A DNA stretch of 64,000 bases from an uncultured Gemmatimonadales bacterium (GCA_963793305.1 CAWBZV010000005.1:288001-352000), one strand, 5' to 3'. Counted from the first letter of the stretch, positions 20,341 to 30,601 are shown. Translations and numbers: made by a program. Notes: generated by a model from the letters alone, not told the origin.

Positions 20341-21186
20341 TCAGAACCCGCGGCGACGCAACGTCGGCAAGCAGTCCTCGTCGCGAAAATCCGGCGGCAC
20401 GTTCGGCTTGACGCGAACGCTCTTCGCGGGGATGCCGACATTCACGTGATACGCCCGCACGTCCTTGGTCGCGACGGCCATGGCGCCGACCATGCCCTGG
20501 CAATGCACATTGACACCAGCGAGCACAGTCGCGTGATACGTGATGCGCACGCCGTCGTCGAGCCGCGTGACGGCGTTCGTCACCTCGCGCCCGTCGACGA
20601 TGCTGTGCGTATGCGAATAGATATTCGCGAAATCGGAGATCGACACGTTGTTGCCGATGATGATCCCACCGCGATCATCGAGCAACACATTCCGATGCAC
20701 CACGACGTTGTCGCCGACCTCGAGGTTGTACCCGAACGAGAATTCGACGCTCTGAAACGCCTTGAAATTCTCGCCAACCCGCTTGAAGATGTGCTGCGCC
20801 AAGACACGCCGTAACCGTACGCCCAGATCAACGTCCTGACCGCCCAACGGGCTGCGGTCGAACGAATACCAGAGCCACAGGAGCGGCTTGATCGGCTGAT
20901 ACTGCGCGTCATCGCACTCGGCGTAGTACTCGGGCTCGAGCGTGATGTTACGCGGATCGAGCGATGCCAACGCGAGCCGCACGCCCGCCGGGACTTTCGT
21001 GTCCTGGATGGCGGTCTCCCAGTTCGCCGCGTACGCGGGGTACCAGAGCTCCGCCAACGTTCGTCGACAGAGTGTGGCGCGATCGGTCGCAGGATTCGCG
21101 AGTGCGTCGGCTAGCCCGTCGAGCCACTCCTGGGCCAGCGGCAACGAGGGATGCTCGGCCAACTTGCGCAGTGGGAGGAACGTCAT
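20341..21186 (-). CDS. Hexapeptide-repeat acyltransferase
   Basis: LEVGDNVVVH, IIIGNNVSIS, GAMAVATKDV, VGIPAK. Confidence 0.85.
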   Translation of the reverse strand: MTFLPLRKLAEHPSLPLAQEWLDGLADALANPATDRATLCRRTLAELWYPAYAANWETAIQDTKVPAGVRLALASLDPRNITLEPEYYAECDDAQYQPIKPLLWLWYSFDRSPLGGQDVDLGVRLRRVLAQHIFKRVGENFKAFQSVEFSFGYNLEVGDNVVVHRNVLLDDRGGIIIGNNVSISDFANIYSHTHSIVDGREVTNAVTRLDDGVRITYHATVLAGVNVHCQGMVGAMAVATKDVRAYHVNVGIPAKSVRVKPNVPPDFRDEDCLPTLRRRGF

Positions 21187-21190
21187 AGGC

Positions 21191-21791
21191 TCAAGATAAC
21201 ACGAGCGCGGCGAGCGCGTCGGCCAGCTCGTCCCGTCCGGTTCCTGTTACAGCGCTGAAAGGAATGATCTGCTCGGGATCGAGCTCCAGCTCGCGCCCCA
21301 GCCGCTCGAATGTGCTCCGTGACCGCTCGCGAGCTCAGCTTATCGATCTTGGTCACGACAACGATAGTCGGTACGCCCGTCTCGGCGAGAAAATCGAGCA
21401 TTTGCCTATCATCCGGGCTCGGCTCGCGTCTCACGTCGAGCAGTTGGACCACGCCACGCGGCCCGGGCGTGCTTTTGAGATACCCCTCGATGAGCGGCCG
21501 CCACGCCTCCTTTGCGGCCTTTGACACCCGTGCGTACCCATAGCCGGGCAGGTCAACGAGTACGAACTGGTGATTGACGCGGAAGAAGTTGATCTCGCGC
21601 GTTCGCCCAGGGGTGTTACTGACCCGGGCAAAGCCGCGGCGACGAACGAGACGGTTGAGCAGGGACGATTTCCCGACGTTCGACCGTCCCGCAAACGCGA
21701 CTTCCGGCAACTCGGGCGGCGGCCGCCACCCACCCGGCGACGCTTGCCCGCCGAGGAATTCCAGATCCCGAATCGGGAGCGGGTCGGTCAG
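21191..21791 (-). CDS. engB: Ribosome biogenesis GTPase EngB/YihA (+1 frameshift near 21309; apparent CTG start)
   Basis: GRSNVGKSS, TPGRT, DLPGYGY, TKIDK, then FSAVTGTG in the other frame; follows lon. Confidence 0.9.
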
Positions 21792-24208
21792 TGTGTCACC
21801 GTGTCGGCGACAGGGGCGGGAATGCTGGGGGTCTTGGCACTGCGCCGTGGGCCAACCGTAGGCGCCGGTGCCGGTGGCGCCGCGCGCAATGCGATCACGA
21901 GCACGTCGTCCATGGACTTCACGGCGTGGAACGTGACAGTCTGGCGGACTTCCTCGGGCAGCTCCTCGATCTCACGCTCATTGCCGTATGGCACGATGAT
22001 GTGTCGCACGCCGGCTCGATGCGCGGCCACGGCTTTCTCCTTCAGCCCCCCGATGGGCAACACGCGCCCACGCAGGGTGATCTCCCCGGTCATCGCGATA
22101 TCACCGCGAACCGCCCGGCGCGTCAGCGCGCTGACGATCGCGGTCGCGATGGCAATCCCGGCGCTTGGCCCATCCTTTGGCGTCGCTCCCGCGGGGATAT
22201 GGACATGGATATCGCGATTGCGGTAGAAATCGCGATCAATCCCCAATTCCTTGGCCCGGCGGCGCGCATACGAGAGCGCCGCCGACGCCGACTCTTTCAT
22301 GACTTCGCCGAGCGTACCGGTGAGTTGCAACTTCCCGCGACCACGCACGACGCTGACCTCGATCTCGAGCGTCTCGCCACCGACGGACGTATACGCCAAT
22401 CCCCGCGCGACGCCCACGACGTCCTCGAAGGACAGGTCGTCGGGATCGAACGGCGCGGGGCCGAGCAACGCCTTGAGATCACTCGCCCCGACGAGCGCCG
22501 TCGTCTCCGCCGGTGCGGCCTCGGCGCGTCTCCGCGCGAGCTTGCGCGCCACGCGAGCGATCCGGCGATCGAGCTCGCGCACGCCCGCCTCGCGCGTGTA
22601 CCCGCGGAGTATGCCGGGCAACGCATCGCTCGCCCACGTCACCGATTCGGGCGCGAGACCGTTTCTCGCCAATTGCCTGGGTACCAGAAACTGCCGGGCA
22701 ATCGCCAGCTTCTCGTGATCGAGATATCCGCTGAGCCGCAAGATCTCCATGCGATCCCGTAACGGCTCCGGGATAGTCTGGAGCGAATTCGCGGTCGTGA
22801 TAAACAGCACTTGCGAGAGATCGTAATCGAGCTCGAGATAATGATCGTTGAATGCTCGATTCTGCTCGGGATCCAGCACTTCGAGTAACGCAGCCGACGG
22901 GTCCCCTCGATAATCGGCGCCGAGCTTGTCGATCTCGTCCAGCAAAATGACGGGATTCACCACCTCGGCTCTCTTCATGGCCTGAATGATCCGTCCAGGC
23001 AGAGCCCCAATGTATGTGCGGCGATGACCCCGTATCTCGGCCTCGTCCCGCACGCCGCCGAGGGACATGCGCACAAATCGCCGCCCAAGCGCCCTGGCTA
23101 CCGATTGCCCGAGCGAAGTCTTGCCGACACCCGGCGGACCGACGAGACACAAAATGGGTCCTTCCAGTCGCCCAACCAGAGCCAACACCGCTATGTAGTC
23201 GAGAATGCGGTCTTTCACGTCCTCGAGCCCGTAGTGGTCTTGGTCCAGCACGGTCCGAGCATGTTCGACGTCCAGAACGTCATCCGTGCGCGCGGTCCAC
23301 GGCAGGGACAACAGCCAATCGAGATAATTGCGCCCGACCGTAGTCTCGGGAGACATCGGAGCCGTTCGGCGGAGTTTTCGCAACTCACGCCGTGCCCGCG
23401 CCGCGACCGGTTCGGGCAATCCGCGCTTGGTGATCTCCGCGTCGACCTCACCGAGGTCGTCGCCCTCGTCCTGCCCGAGCTCGCGATTGATCGCGCGCAG
23501 TTGCTCCTGCAGATAAAATTCGCGCTGATTCTGAAACAGCGACCCTCGGACATCGTCGTCGATCTTCCGCTCGAGCCGCAGGAGCTCGATCTCGGCGCCG
23601 AGGACCCGCCCGAGCGCGGTCCACAGCTCGACGGCCGTCTCCGCATCGAGCAACGCCTGCTTCGCATCGTGCCGCAGCACGAGATGCGCGGCGATCGCCA
23701 TGGCGCGCCGCTCGTCTGATTCGATCGCCTGCACGAGCGCGACGACTTCGTCGGGAATCCGCCGGTGCAGGGCGACGTACTCCTCGAACCGCGCCATGGC
23801 CTGGCGACTCTCGACGGCCGGCGTCTCGCCAGCCAGCGCATAAGGCGCGACGGCCGCGCGCAAGAGCTTCGCGCTGGGCAGATACCGCGTCACACGCGCC
23901 CGCGCGAGGCCCTCGACGAGGACTTTCGCCGTTCCACCGGGCATACGAGCGAACTGCAGGACCCGCCCGATGACGCCGACGCGGAACAGGTCGGACGCCG
24001 CTGGGTCCTGGACTTCGCCGCTTTCCTGCGCTACGAGGAGGAGATACTGGTCGCCGGCAATCGCTGCCTCGACCGCGGCGAGCGATGCCGGGCGGCCGAC
24101 GAGCAGCGGGATGACGACGTGCGGAAAGACGACGACTTCGCGCAACGGCAGGACCGGCAGACGGTCCTCGGTCGTGATCTGCTCGCCGTCACGGGCAAAG
24201 GTGGGAAC
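21788..24208 (-). CDS. lon: ATP-dependent protease La
   Basis: LPVLPLREVVVFP, GPPGVGKTS, PKDGPSAG, IGGLKEK; the SD-positioned start reads GTT. Confidence 0.95.
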   Translation of the reverse strand, partial: VPTFARDGEQITTEDRLPVLPLREVVVFPHVVIPLLVGRPASLAAVEAAIAGDQYLLLVAQESGEVQDPAASDLFRVGVIGRVLQFARMPGGTAKVLVEGLARARVTRYLPSAKLLRAAVAPYALAGETPAVESRQAMARFEEYVALHRRIPDEVVALVQAIESDERRAMAIAAHLVLRHDAKQALLDAETAVELWTALGRVLGAEIELLRLERKIDDDVRGSLFQNQREFYLQEQLRAINRELGQDEGDDLGEVDAEITKRGLPEPVAARARRELRKLRRTAPMSPETTVGRNYLDWLLSLPWTARTDDVLDVEHARTVLDQDHYGLEDVKDRILDYIAVLALVGRLEGPILCLVGPPGVGKTSLGQSVARALGRRFVRMSLGGVRDEAEIRGHRRTYIGALPGRIIQAMKRAEVVNPVILLDEIDKLGADYRGDPSAALLEVLDPEQNRAFNDHYLELDYDLSQVLFITTANSLQTIPEPLRDRMEILRLSGYLDHEKLAIARQFLVPRQLARNGLAPESVTWASDALPGILRGYTREAGVRELDRRIARVARKLARRRAEAAPAETTALVGASDLKALLGPAPFDPDDLSFEDVVGVARGLAYTSVGGETLEIEVSVVRGRGKLQLTGTLGEVMKESASAALSYARRRAKELGIDRDFYRNRDIHVHIPAGATPKDGPSAGIAIATAIVSALTRRAVRGDIAMTGEITLRGRVLPIGGLKEKAVAAHRAGVRHIIVPYGNEREIEELPEEVRQTVTFHAVKSMDDVLVIALRAAPPAPAPTVGPRRSAKTPSIPAPVADTVTH

Positions 24209-25461
24209 TACGCCTCCTTCTTCTGTCGCTTAGGCGCGATCTCCAGCAGCGGTGGCGCGGCGTTGGTCACCGTCGATTCGATGACCTTGACCTCCACCAC
24301 ATCCTCCCGGCTCGGGAGGTCGAACATGATTTCCGTCAGCATCTCTTCGAGGATCGCTCTCAGGCCTCGAGCGCCCGTCCCTCGCTTGAGGGCCTTATTC
24401 GCGATCGCCTTGAGCGCGCTCTCCTCGAACGTGAGCTTGACCTCTTCCAGGTCGAACAACTTGGCATACTGCTTGGTGAGCGCATTCTTCGGCTCTTTCA
24501 GTATGCGCACCAGCGACTCTTCGTCCAGCGCCTCCAACGGCACCGCGACCGGGAGTCGCCCAACCAACTCGGGAATCAACCCGTAGCGCAGCAAGTCGTC
24601 CGGCTCGACATCGGCGAACGGATTTTTCACCGCCCGTTTCGCGATCAGGCCGACACTCATCTCATCCTTGGAGAACCCAATCTGCTTTCTCCCGGTCCGC
24701 GCCTCGATGATTTTTTCCAATCCGTCGAAGGCGCCACCGCAGATAAACAGGATGTCTTTCGTATTGATCTGAATGTATTCCTGTTGCGGGTGCTTCCTGC
24801 CGCCCTGAGGCGGAACAGAAGCGACCGTTCCTTCGAGAATCTTGAGCAGCGCCTGTTGGACGCCTTCGCCCGACACGTCGCGTGTGATGCTGGGATTCTC
24901 CGACTTGCGAGCGATCTTGTCGATCTCGTCGATGTAGACGATCCCGCGCTCGCACTCGGCGACATTAAAATCGCCCGCTTGCAGCAGGCGAACGAGGATG
25001 TTCTCGACGTCCTCGCCGACATACCCGGCTTCCGTGAGCGTCGTGGCGTCGGCGATGGTGAACGGCACATCGAGAATGCGAGCGAGCGTCTGCGCCAACA
25101 GCGTTTTCCCGACGCCGGTCGGCCCGATCAGCAGGATGTTCGACTTGTCGAGCTCCACTTCGTCATCGCGCAGCGACGCCGAGTTGATGCGCTTGTAGTG
25201 ATTGTAGACCGCGACCGCCAGCGCCTTTTTCGCCCGCTCCTGCCCGATCACATATTGATCGAGCACGTCCTTGATCTCCTGAGGCGACGGCACCTGCGTA
25301 ATCGCTTCCGCAACCTCCCGCTCTTCGTCCTCGGCGAGGATCTCGTTGCAGAGCGCGATGCACTCGTTGCAGATGTAGACGGACGGGCCCGAAATGAACT
25401 TCCGGACCGAGTCCTTCGACTTTCCACAGAACGAGCAGCGGAGGTGTTTATCGTGGGACAT
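24208..25461 (-). CDS. clpX: Clp protease ATPase subunit
   Basis: CSFCGK zinc domain, [25 protein letters not shown] loop. Confidence 0.98.
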   Translation of the reverse strand: MSHDKHLRCSFCGKSKDSVRKFISGPSVYICNECIALCNEILAEDEEREVAEAITQVPSPQEIKDVLDQYVIGQERAKKALAVAVYNHYKRINSASLRDDEVELDKSNILLIGPTGVGKTLLAQTLARILDVPFTIADATTLTEAGYVGEDVENILVRLLQAGDFNVAECERGIVYIDEIDKIARKSENPSITRDVSGEGVQQALLKILEGTVASVPPQGGRKHPQQEYIQINTKDILFICGGAFDGLEKIIEARTGRKQIGFSKDEMSVGLIAKRAVKNPFADVEPDDLLRYGLIPELVGRLPVAVPLEALDEESLVRILKEPKNALTKQYAKLFDLEEVKLTFEESALKAIANKALKRGTGARGLRAILEEMLTEIMFDLPSREDVVEVKVIESTVTNAAPPLLEIAPKRQKKEA

Positions 25462-25528
25462 AGCGACGCCAGGGGACGACTGGGATACGAGCCTGCCGAG
25501 AACTAACAGCCGTGCTAGGACCGGTCAA

Positions 25529-25602
25529 TATGATAGCGATGCGGCGCGCAATGATCATGTGAAGCTTTTCACAAAGGTATCGTGCGCCGCATCACTATCG
25601 TG
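25529..25602. promoter_or_regulatory. Imperfect 21-bp inverted repeat enclosing TGTGA-N6-TCACA (CRP/FNR-type site, 25558-25573) upstream of clpX
   Basis: TGTGAagctttTCACA read directly; arms 25529-25549 and 25582-25602; TATCAT -10-like hexamer on the minus strand at 25530-25535. Confidence 0.55.
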
Positions 25603-25606
25603 TAAG

Positions 25607-26236
25607 TCATGCTGTCACGGTGGGTTGTTTCGAGGCCTCAATGACCTCGCCGCGTTGAGCGACGATATTGTCGATCAATCCGTAGCCCTTTGCCTCCTCC
25701 GCGGACATGTGATAATCGCGCACGATGTCGCGCTCGATTTGCTCGACCGGACGGCCCGTGTGCTTCGACATGAGCTCATTCATCTGCGCCCGCAGATACA
25801 GAATCTCGCGTGCCTGGATCTCGATGTCGGCCGCGGTGCCCGACGCGCCACCGGACGGCTGGTGGATCATGATCCGCGAGTGCGGGAGCGCCGAGCGGCG
25901 ACCCTTTCTGCCCGCTGAGAGCAGGAACGCGCCCATACTGGCCGCGAGGCCCATGCACGTCGTGTTCACCGGGCTCCGCAGGTATTGCATCGTATCATAG
26001 ATCGCCAGACCAGCCGACACGCTGCCGCCGGGCGAGTTGATGTACAGATAGATATCGCGGTCCGGGTTGTCGGCATCCAAGAACAACAACTGCGCGATCA
26101 CAATGTTCGCGACATCGTCGTTGATCGGCGTGCCGAGGAAAACGATGCGGTCCATGAGGAGCCGCGAGAAAATGTCGTACGTGCGCTCGCCGCGGCTCGA
26201 CCGCTCGATCACGTACGGAGGATAGATCGTCGCCAT
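25607..26236 (-). CDS. clpP: Clp protease proteolytic subunit
   Basis: [36 protein letters not shown]. Confidence 0.97.
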   Translation of the reverse strand: MATIYPPYVIERSSRGERTYDIFSRLLMDRIVFLGTPINDDVANIVIAQLLFLDADNPDRDIYLYINSPGGSVSAGLAIYDTMQYLRSPVNTTCMGLAASMGAFLLSAGRKGRRSALPHSRIMIHQPSGGASGTAADIEIQAREILYLRAQMNELMSKHTGRPVEQIERDIVRDYHMSAEEAKGYGLIDNIVAQRGEVIEASKQPTVTA

Positions 26237-26299
26237 ACTCACCAAAGCCTCGTGTTCGCCCTTCGTTGAGACTGCACTTGTCCGATGGCACTCGCTTCG

Positions 26300-26526
26300 C
26301 TTCGTGCCGCAGGTGCTCTCACTTCGTGTCCGCAGGTGCTCCCACTTCGTGCCCGCAGGCGCTCTCACTTCGTGTCCGCAGGTGCTCCCACTTCGTGCCC
26401 GCAGGCGCTCTCACTTCGTGTCCGCAGGTGCTCCCACTTCGTGCCCGCAGGTGCTCCCACTTCGTGTCCGCAGGTGCTCCCACTTCGTGCCCGCAGGTGC
26501 TCCCACTTCGTGCCGCAGGTCCTCTC
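26300..26526. repeat. Tandem array of a 23-bp unit CTTCGTG(T/C)CCGCAGG(T/C)GCTC(C/T)CA, about 10 copies, no spacers
   Basis: Units start at 26300, 26322, 26345, 26368, 26391, 26414, 26437, 26460, 26483, 26506. Confidence 0.95.
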
Positions 26527-26643
26527 GCATCACACGCCTGTAACTTCGCCAACGTCACAACGTTCTCTACTCTTGCCGCCCGTCATTGCGTCGCCGCCCC
26601 TACGTTCGCTACACACGGTCGCGCCGAAGGCGCGCTGTGTACC

Positions 26644-27892
26644 TCACGCCTCGGTGACGGCGTTCCGTTCCATAAGCCACTTGAACACTTTATCCTCGGT
26701 GACGCCGCGCTCGATCTCACGAAGCCGCCCGGCTTTCTGGAGCGACGCATACACCTCAGCCACGTTCGCTTTCCGTTTCGCCGCGGTCTCGGCGATCCGA
26801 TCATCGACCTCGGCCTCGGTCGCCCCGAGTTTCTCTTTCTCAGCCACCGCATCGATGATGAGATCGCGCCTCACCTGCCGCTCGGCCATCGCATTGAACT
26901 CGGTCGTGAACCGCCCACGATCCTCCTGCGGGATCTGATATGCATTGGCATACGCGTCGACGAGCTGCGCCACCCAACTCGGCGGGACGTTCGAACGGAT
27001 TCGCGCTGGCGATCTCGTCGAGCAACTTCTGCCGCACTGCCGCATCCGCGTCGCGCGTCGCATGCTCCTCGAGATCCGTCCGCACGGTCTTTTTCAATGC
27101 GTCGAGCGAATCAAAATCCCCGACTTCCCGCGCGAACGCATCGTCGAGCGGAGGCAACACTTTGCGCTTGACGTCCTGCAAGGTCACGCGCACGGGCTTC
27201 GTCTTGTCTCTTTGGGTCTCGTCGGGGAAGTCCGAAGGCCACTTGACCGGCCGCTCGATCGTCTGACCGGGCTTGGCCTCCATGATCAGCTCTTCGATCC
27301 CGGGAATCGCCTGGCCGCCGCCGAGCACGATGCGATACTCCTTGCCTTCGGCCGGGATGGCCCCGTTGTCGTCAGCCGTCGCCAGCAGCACCGTCACGAG
27401 GTCGCCCGGCGACGGGCTCTCGTCAAGCGGCGCCCATGTGGCGCGCTGATCGCGCATCTGCTCGATCTGCTCGGTGACATCGTCGTCCCGCACCACATTC
27501 GTGGGGCGCTCGACGCGGAACCCGGCGAGCCGCGGCAGCGGCACTTCGGGCCGAACCTCCAGGTGCAACTCGAACGTCAGATCCTGACCTTCAGCGAACT
27601 TCACATCGTGCACGTGTGGCTGAGCCGCCGGCTTGAGATGCTCTTTCTCCAGCGCCTGCTTGGCCGCTTCCTGGATCAACGACTCGATCGCCTGCTGCCG
27701 GATCGCTTCCCCAAACCGCTTCCTTACCATCGCCGCCGGCGCCTTGCCGGGGCGGAACCCCGGCAGCCGCACGTTCGACGCATATCGCTGCGCCGCCGAC
27801 TCCTCGGCCACCAGCACGTCGGCGGCCGGCACCGAGACCTCCAGCAGCCGTTCGGCGCCCGTTGTTTTCTTAGCTGTTACCTGGATGTTCAT
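26644..27892 (-). CDS. tig: Trigger factor (+1 frameshift near 26990)
   Basis: LPGFRPGKAP, FKBP-like IPGIEELI; C-terminal helices in the second frame; tig-clpP-clpX-lon order. Confidence 0.93.
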
Positions 27893-27901
27893 AGGGGAAT
27901 A

Positions 27902-28342
27902 TTAACCCCCGCCCTTGGGCCGCGCTCGCAGATGCCGCTGCTGGCCCACGGCGTATGCCTCACGGAGCCAGCTCACAAAATCGCTATCGATCTCGCCGGG
28001 TTCGGTCAGGCGGAACACATGCACATGATTCCGCGCCGAAATCGTGTCAATGCGCCGGAACCTTGGGTGCTCCAAACGCCTCGCCAGCACGACATGGCCG
28101 TCGAGCCATTTACGCCGGGGCGTCACCTGCGCAAACGACATTCTCACCTGAAACGCTATTCGGGTCTTCTCAGGGAGAACGATGACGGGGCCGATGCCTT
28201 TGACGGCGGCCACCACCGCCTCGTAAAGCGCCTTGACCCGCGGCTCGACTTTCTCGAAGTGGTGCGCCAGGTCGTGGCGCCCGCACGCATGCGACTGATT
28301 CGCATTAGCGAATCGCCGCCCACACTTGGCGCAGCGCCACAT
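27902..28342 (-). CDS. DUF5655-like protein with N-terminal CxxC...HxC motif
   Basis: MWRCAKCGRRFANANQSHACG, KTRIAFQVRMSFA, WLREAYAVG. Confidence 0.7.
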   Translation of the reverse strand: MWRCAKCGRRFANANQSHACGRHDLAHHFEKVEPRVKALYEAVVAAVKGIGPVIVLPEKTRIAFQVRMSFAQVTPRRKWLDGHVVLARRLEHPRFRRIDTISARNHVHVFRLTEPGEIDSDFVSWLREAYAVGQQRHLRARPKGGG

Positions 28343-28344
28343 AG

Positions 28345-28397
28345 ATGCTCGGGGCGGGACTTGAACCCGCACGTCTTTTGGACACAGGATCCTAAGT
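28345..28397 (-). repeat. att site: displaced 3' half of tRNA-Leu
   Basis: Near-identical to 33531-33582; exact 17-bp identity GACACAGGATCCTAAGT ending at the anticodon loop. Confidence 0.92.
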
Positions 28398-28975
28398 TCT
28401 GCCCAGTCGCAGCGAGCGGTCCCGCCCCCCTCTAAAGATAGAAGCAAGAAACGGCACGACGAACCAACGAACGGCAGGGTCGCGGTCACAGTTCTGATCA
28501 CAGCGCGACCCGTTGGAAAGTCCCGCGCACATCGCGATACCGAGGGCCACGCGGTAGGTCGTGAGACGGCGCGAACGCTCGCCCCGCCCTTACCCGTTAA
28601 GGTACAACCGGGGCCCGCCAGGGCGCCGGCTAGGCCGGCATCAGCCGGCCGTGGCGCTGTTGATCGTCTGGAGCGCGTCGCGGGCAATCGCGGTCATACG
28701 GAGCGCCTGGACGGCATCCTCGCCCGCGCGCTCACAGGAATCGCGCGTCGCACCGCCCAGCGCGGCGACCTGGGCCGCGCCCGTCTGCTGCGCGCCGTTG
28801 CCGGCGACACTGTGCCACACGCCCGCCGCGCCGAGTGGCGGCCGTGACGGCGATTGTGCCGGACCGCAATGCGCCCTCTACTAGCTGGCGCGCAGCGCGC
28901 GGGCGTAAGCGCGCTTCTCGATACGTTAGCACATCTCGTCACGACCGGCGCAAATCGAGACCCGACCGGCTCGTC

Positions 28976-29885
28976 ATGGCGGCCCGCGCCAAAGGATTGA
29001 CATACGCGATGGCCACGCGGCTCATGATGCTCAAGAGCCCACTCTGGCGGTCATATCGCAACACGCTGTTCTGCACGGACTGCATCACGTCGACTCCAGA
29101 GGGCGGACGGGCGAAACGTTGCGGCAATCAGATGGTGCATGGTGTGCGGCCGCATCCGCGCGGGCAAGGCGTTCCGGCGGTACTACCCCATCGTCAGCCG
29201 ATGGCGCGATGCCCAACACGTCATCCTGACGATCCCCAACGTCGCGCGGCTCGCGCTCGCCGGCGCCATCGACGCAATGTTCGTGGCAACGTCACACGTC
29301 ACGCGCACGATGCTACGTGTTCACGGTGTCCGCCTCGAGGCGCTGCGTAAGCTCGAGAACACTCACAACCCGGCGCCCCTCGACGGCGTGCGCGAAATGC
29401 ACCCGCACTTCCATTTCGTGGTCAAGACAGCGCGCATGGCCACGCTGATGGTGGACCTTTGGCTAGCGGCGTTCCCCGACGCGGTGCGTTGCGCGCAGAA
29501 GATCGTCCCTGCCGACGCGACCGTGGTCCACGAGCTTTTCAAGTATTTCACCAAGCTGGTGGCCAAGCGCGGGCATGCTGACGGATCGACGGCGACAGAG
29601 TTAGCCGATCCCGATGCGCTCGACATCATGTTCCGCGCAATGCGGCGCCGCCGCGTTTTTCAGCCGATCGGGTTCAAGGGGCTCGCGGTGGATGAAGAGG
29701 AGCCAATCCCTGACGATGAGATCGAGGCCGGCATCCGCACGCGCCTCGGCGAGCCCGGCACCGCGTGGTATTGGTCGCAAGATCGGCTCGACTGGTTGAA
29801 CGCGGCGGGCGTCGCGCTCGCCGGCCACGACCCGGGTAATCGGTTCCGTGAACTGGTCGAGGGCTACGGTCGCGGGCCGCCGTAA
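28976..29885 (+). CDS. HUH rolling-circle replication initiator, Rep_1/pC194-like (+1 frameshift near 29128)
   Basis: After correction: C...CGNRWCMVC zinc motif, motif 1 ILTIPN, motif 2 HPHFHFVV, motif 3 ELFKYFTK; start uncertain. Confidence 0.82.
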
Positions 29886-29957
29886 GGGGCCACGGTTCCC
29901 GGCAAAATCCATCCGAAATTCCGCGCGAAATCCTGGGGGCCGAGGGCCGACACCCCG

Positions 29958-30064
29958 GAGACCGAGCACGAGACCGAGCGTGAAACCGAGCGTGAATCTG
30001 AGCCGGAATCTGAGCCGGAATCTGAGCGGAACCCGAACCGGAACCCGAACCGGAACCCGAGCGC
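29958..30064. repeat. Drifting 12-bp tandem repeat (about 9 units) downstream of rep
   Basis: GAGACCGAGCAC/GAGACCGAGCGT/GAAACCGAGCGT/GAATCTGAGCCG x~3/GAACCCGAACCG x~3. Confidence 0.85.
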
Positions 30065-30088
30065 CCCCTGTTCCGCGCGATTCCCTCG

Positions 30089-30262
30089 CTACTTCCGCTT
30101 CGGCTCGTCGGCCCGTCGATCGGCTTCGCGCAGCAGAACCAAGCGCGCCCACGAGCTCATGTCGCGATGGTCGACCCATGCGGCGTGCTCTATGCGCTTC
30201 TTCTCTGCCAGGCTCAGCCGTATCACGAACCGCTGATCGCGCGTCTCAGGCGTCTTAGGCAT
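30089..30262 (-). CDS. Small ribbon-helix-helix-like DNA-binding protein (57 aa)
   Basis: RDQRFVIRLSLAEKKRIEHAAW...MSSWARLVLL: beta strand-helix-helix pattern. Confidence 0.7.
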   Translation of the reverse strand: MPKTPETRDQRFVIRLSLAEKKRIEHAAWVDHRDMSSWARLVLLREADRRADEPKRK

Positions 30263-30385
30263 ACGAGGGCAACATAGGTACAATGGGGCGCCTTGTCTGT
30301 TTGCCTATGGGACATCTTAGGCGTCTTGTTGCACTCTGAGGCACACATCGCCTACATTCTCCGCCGACCTCACAACGGAGAGAAC

Positions 30386-30601
30386 ATGCACATGTCGAAC
30401 GTTGCGGCTCCCTGGTGGCTCGGCACCGCTATGGACGCGGTCATGTGCGGTGTCCTGATCTGGTCGATCATCACGCTGACGAAGCGGGCCAAGCGTACCA
30501 TGGACGAAGCGGACAAGGCCTTCGGCGGCATGGGTCGCGACATCGACCGCATACGCCGCGACCTCGGCGATGACGACGAGCCGTGGCAGCGGGAGAGTTG
30601 A
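30386..30601 (+). CDS. Small single-pass membrane protein
   Basis: GGAG RBS; hydrophobic AVMCGVLIWSIITL followed by KRAKR; TTGA coupling to the next ORF. Confidence 0.6.
   Translation: MHMSNVAAPWWLGTAMDAVMCGVLIWSIITLTKRAKRTMDEADKAFGGMGRDIDRIRRDLGDDDEPWQRES

Noticed and set aside
26300..26526. CRISPR array
   Set aside because: Units are contiguous with no unique spacers, and there are no cas genes in the window
26266..27171. Cys/His-rich repeat proteins over the 23-bp array
   Set aside because: The unit is not a multiple of 3, the ORFs run antisense into tig, and no RBS is evident
28345..28405. Second tRNA-Leu gene
   Set aside because: Lacks the D-arm and 5' acceptor strand; it is the att duplication
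28500..28970. Additional genes at the left end of the element
   Set aside because: Only short GC-rich ORFs without RBS or motifs; more likely the att arm and origin region
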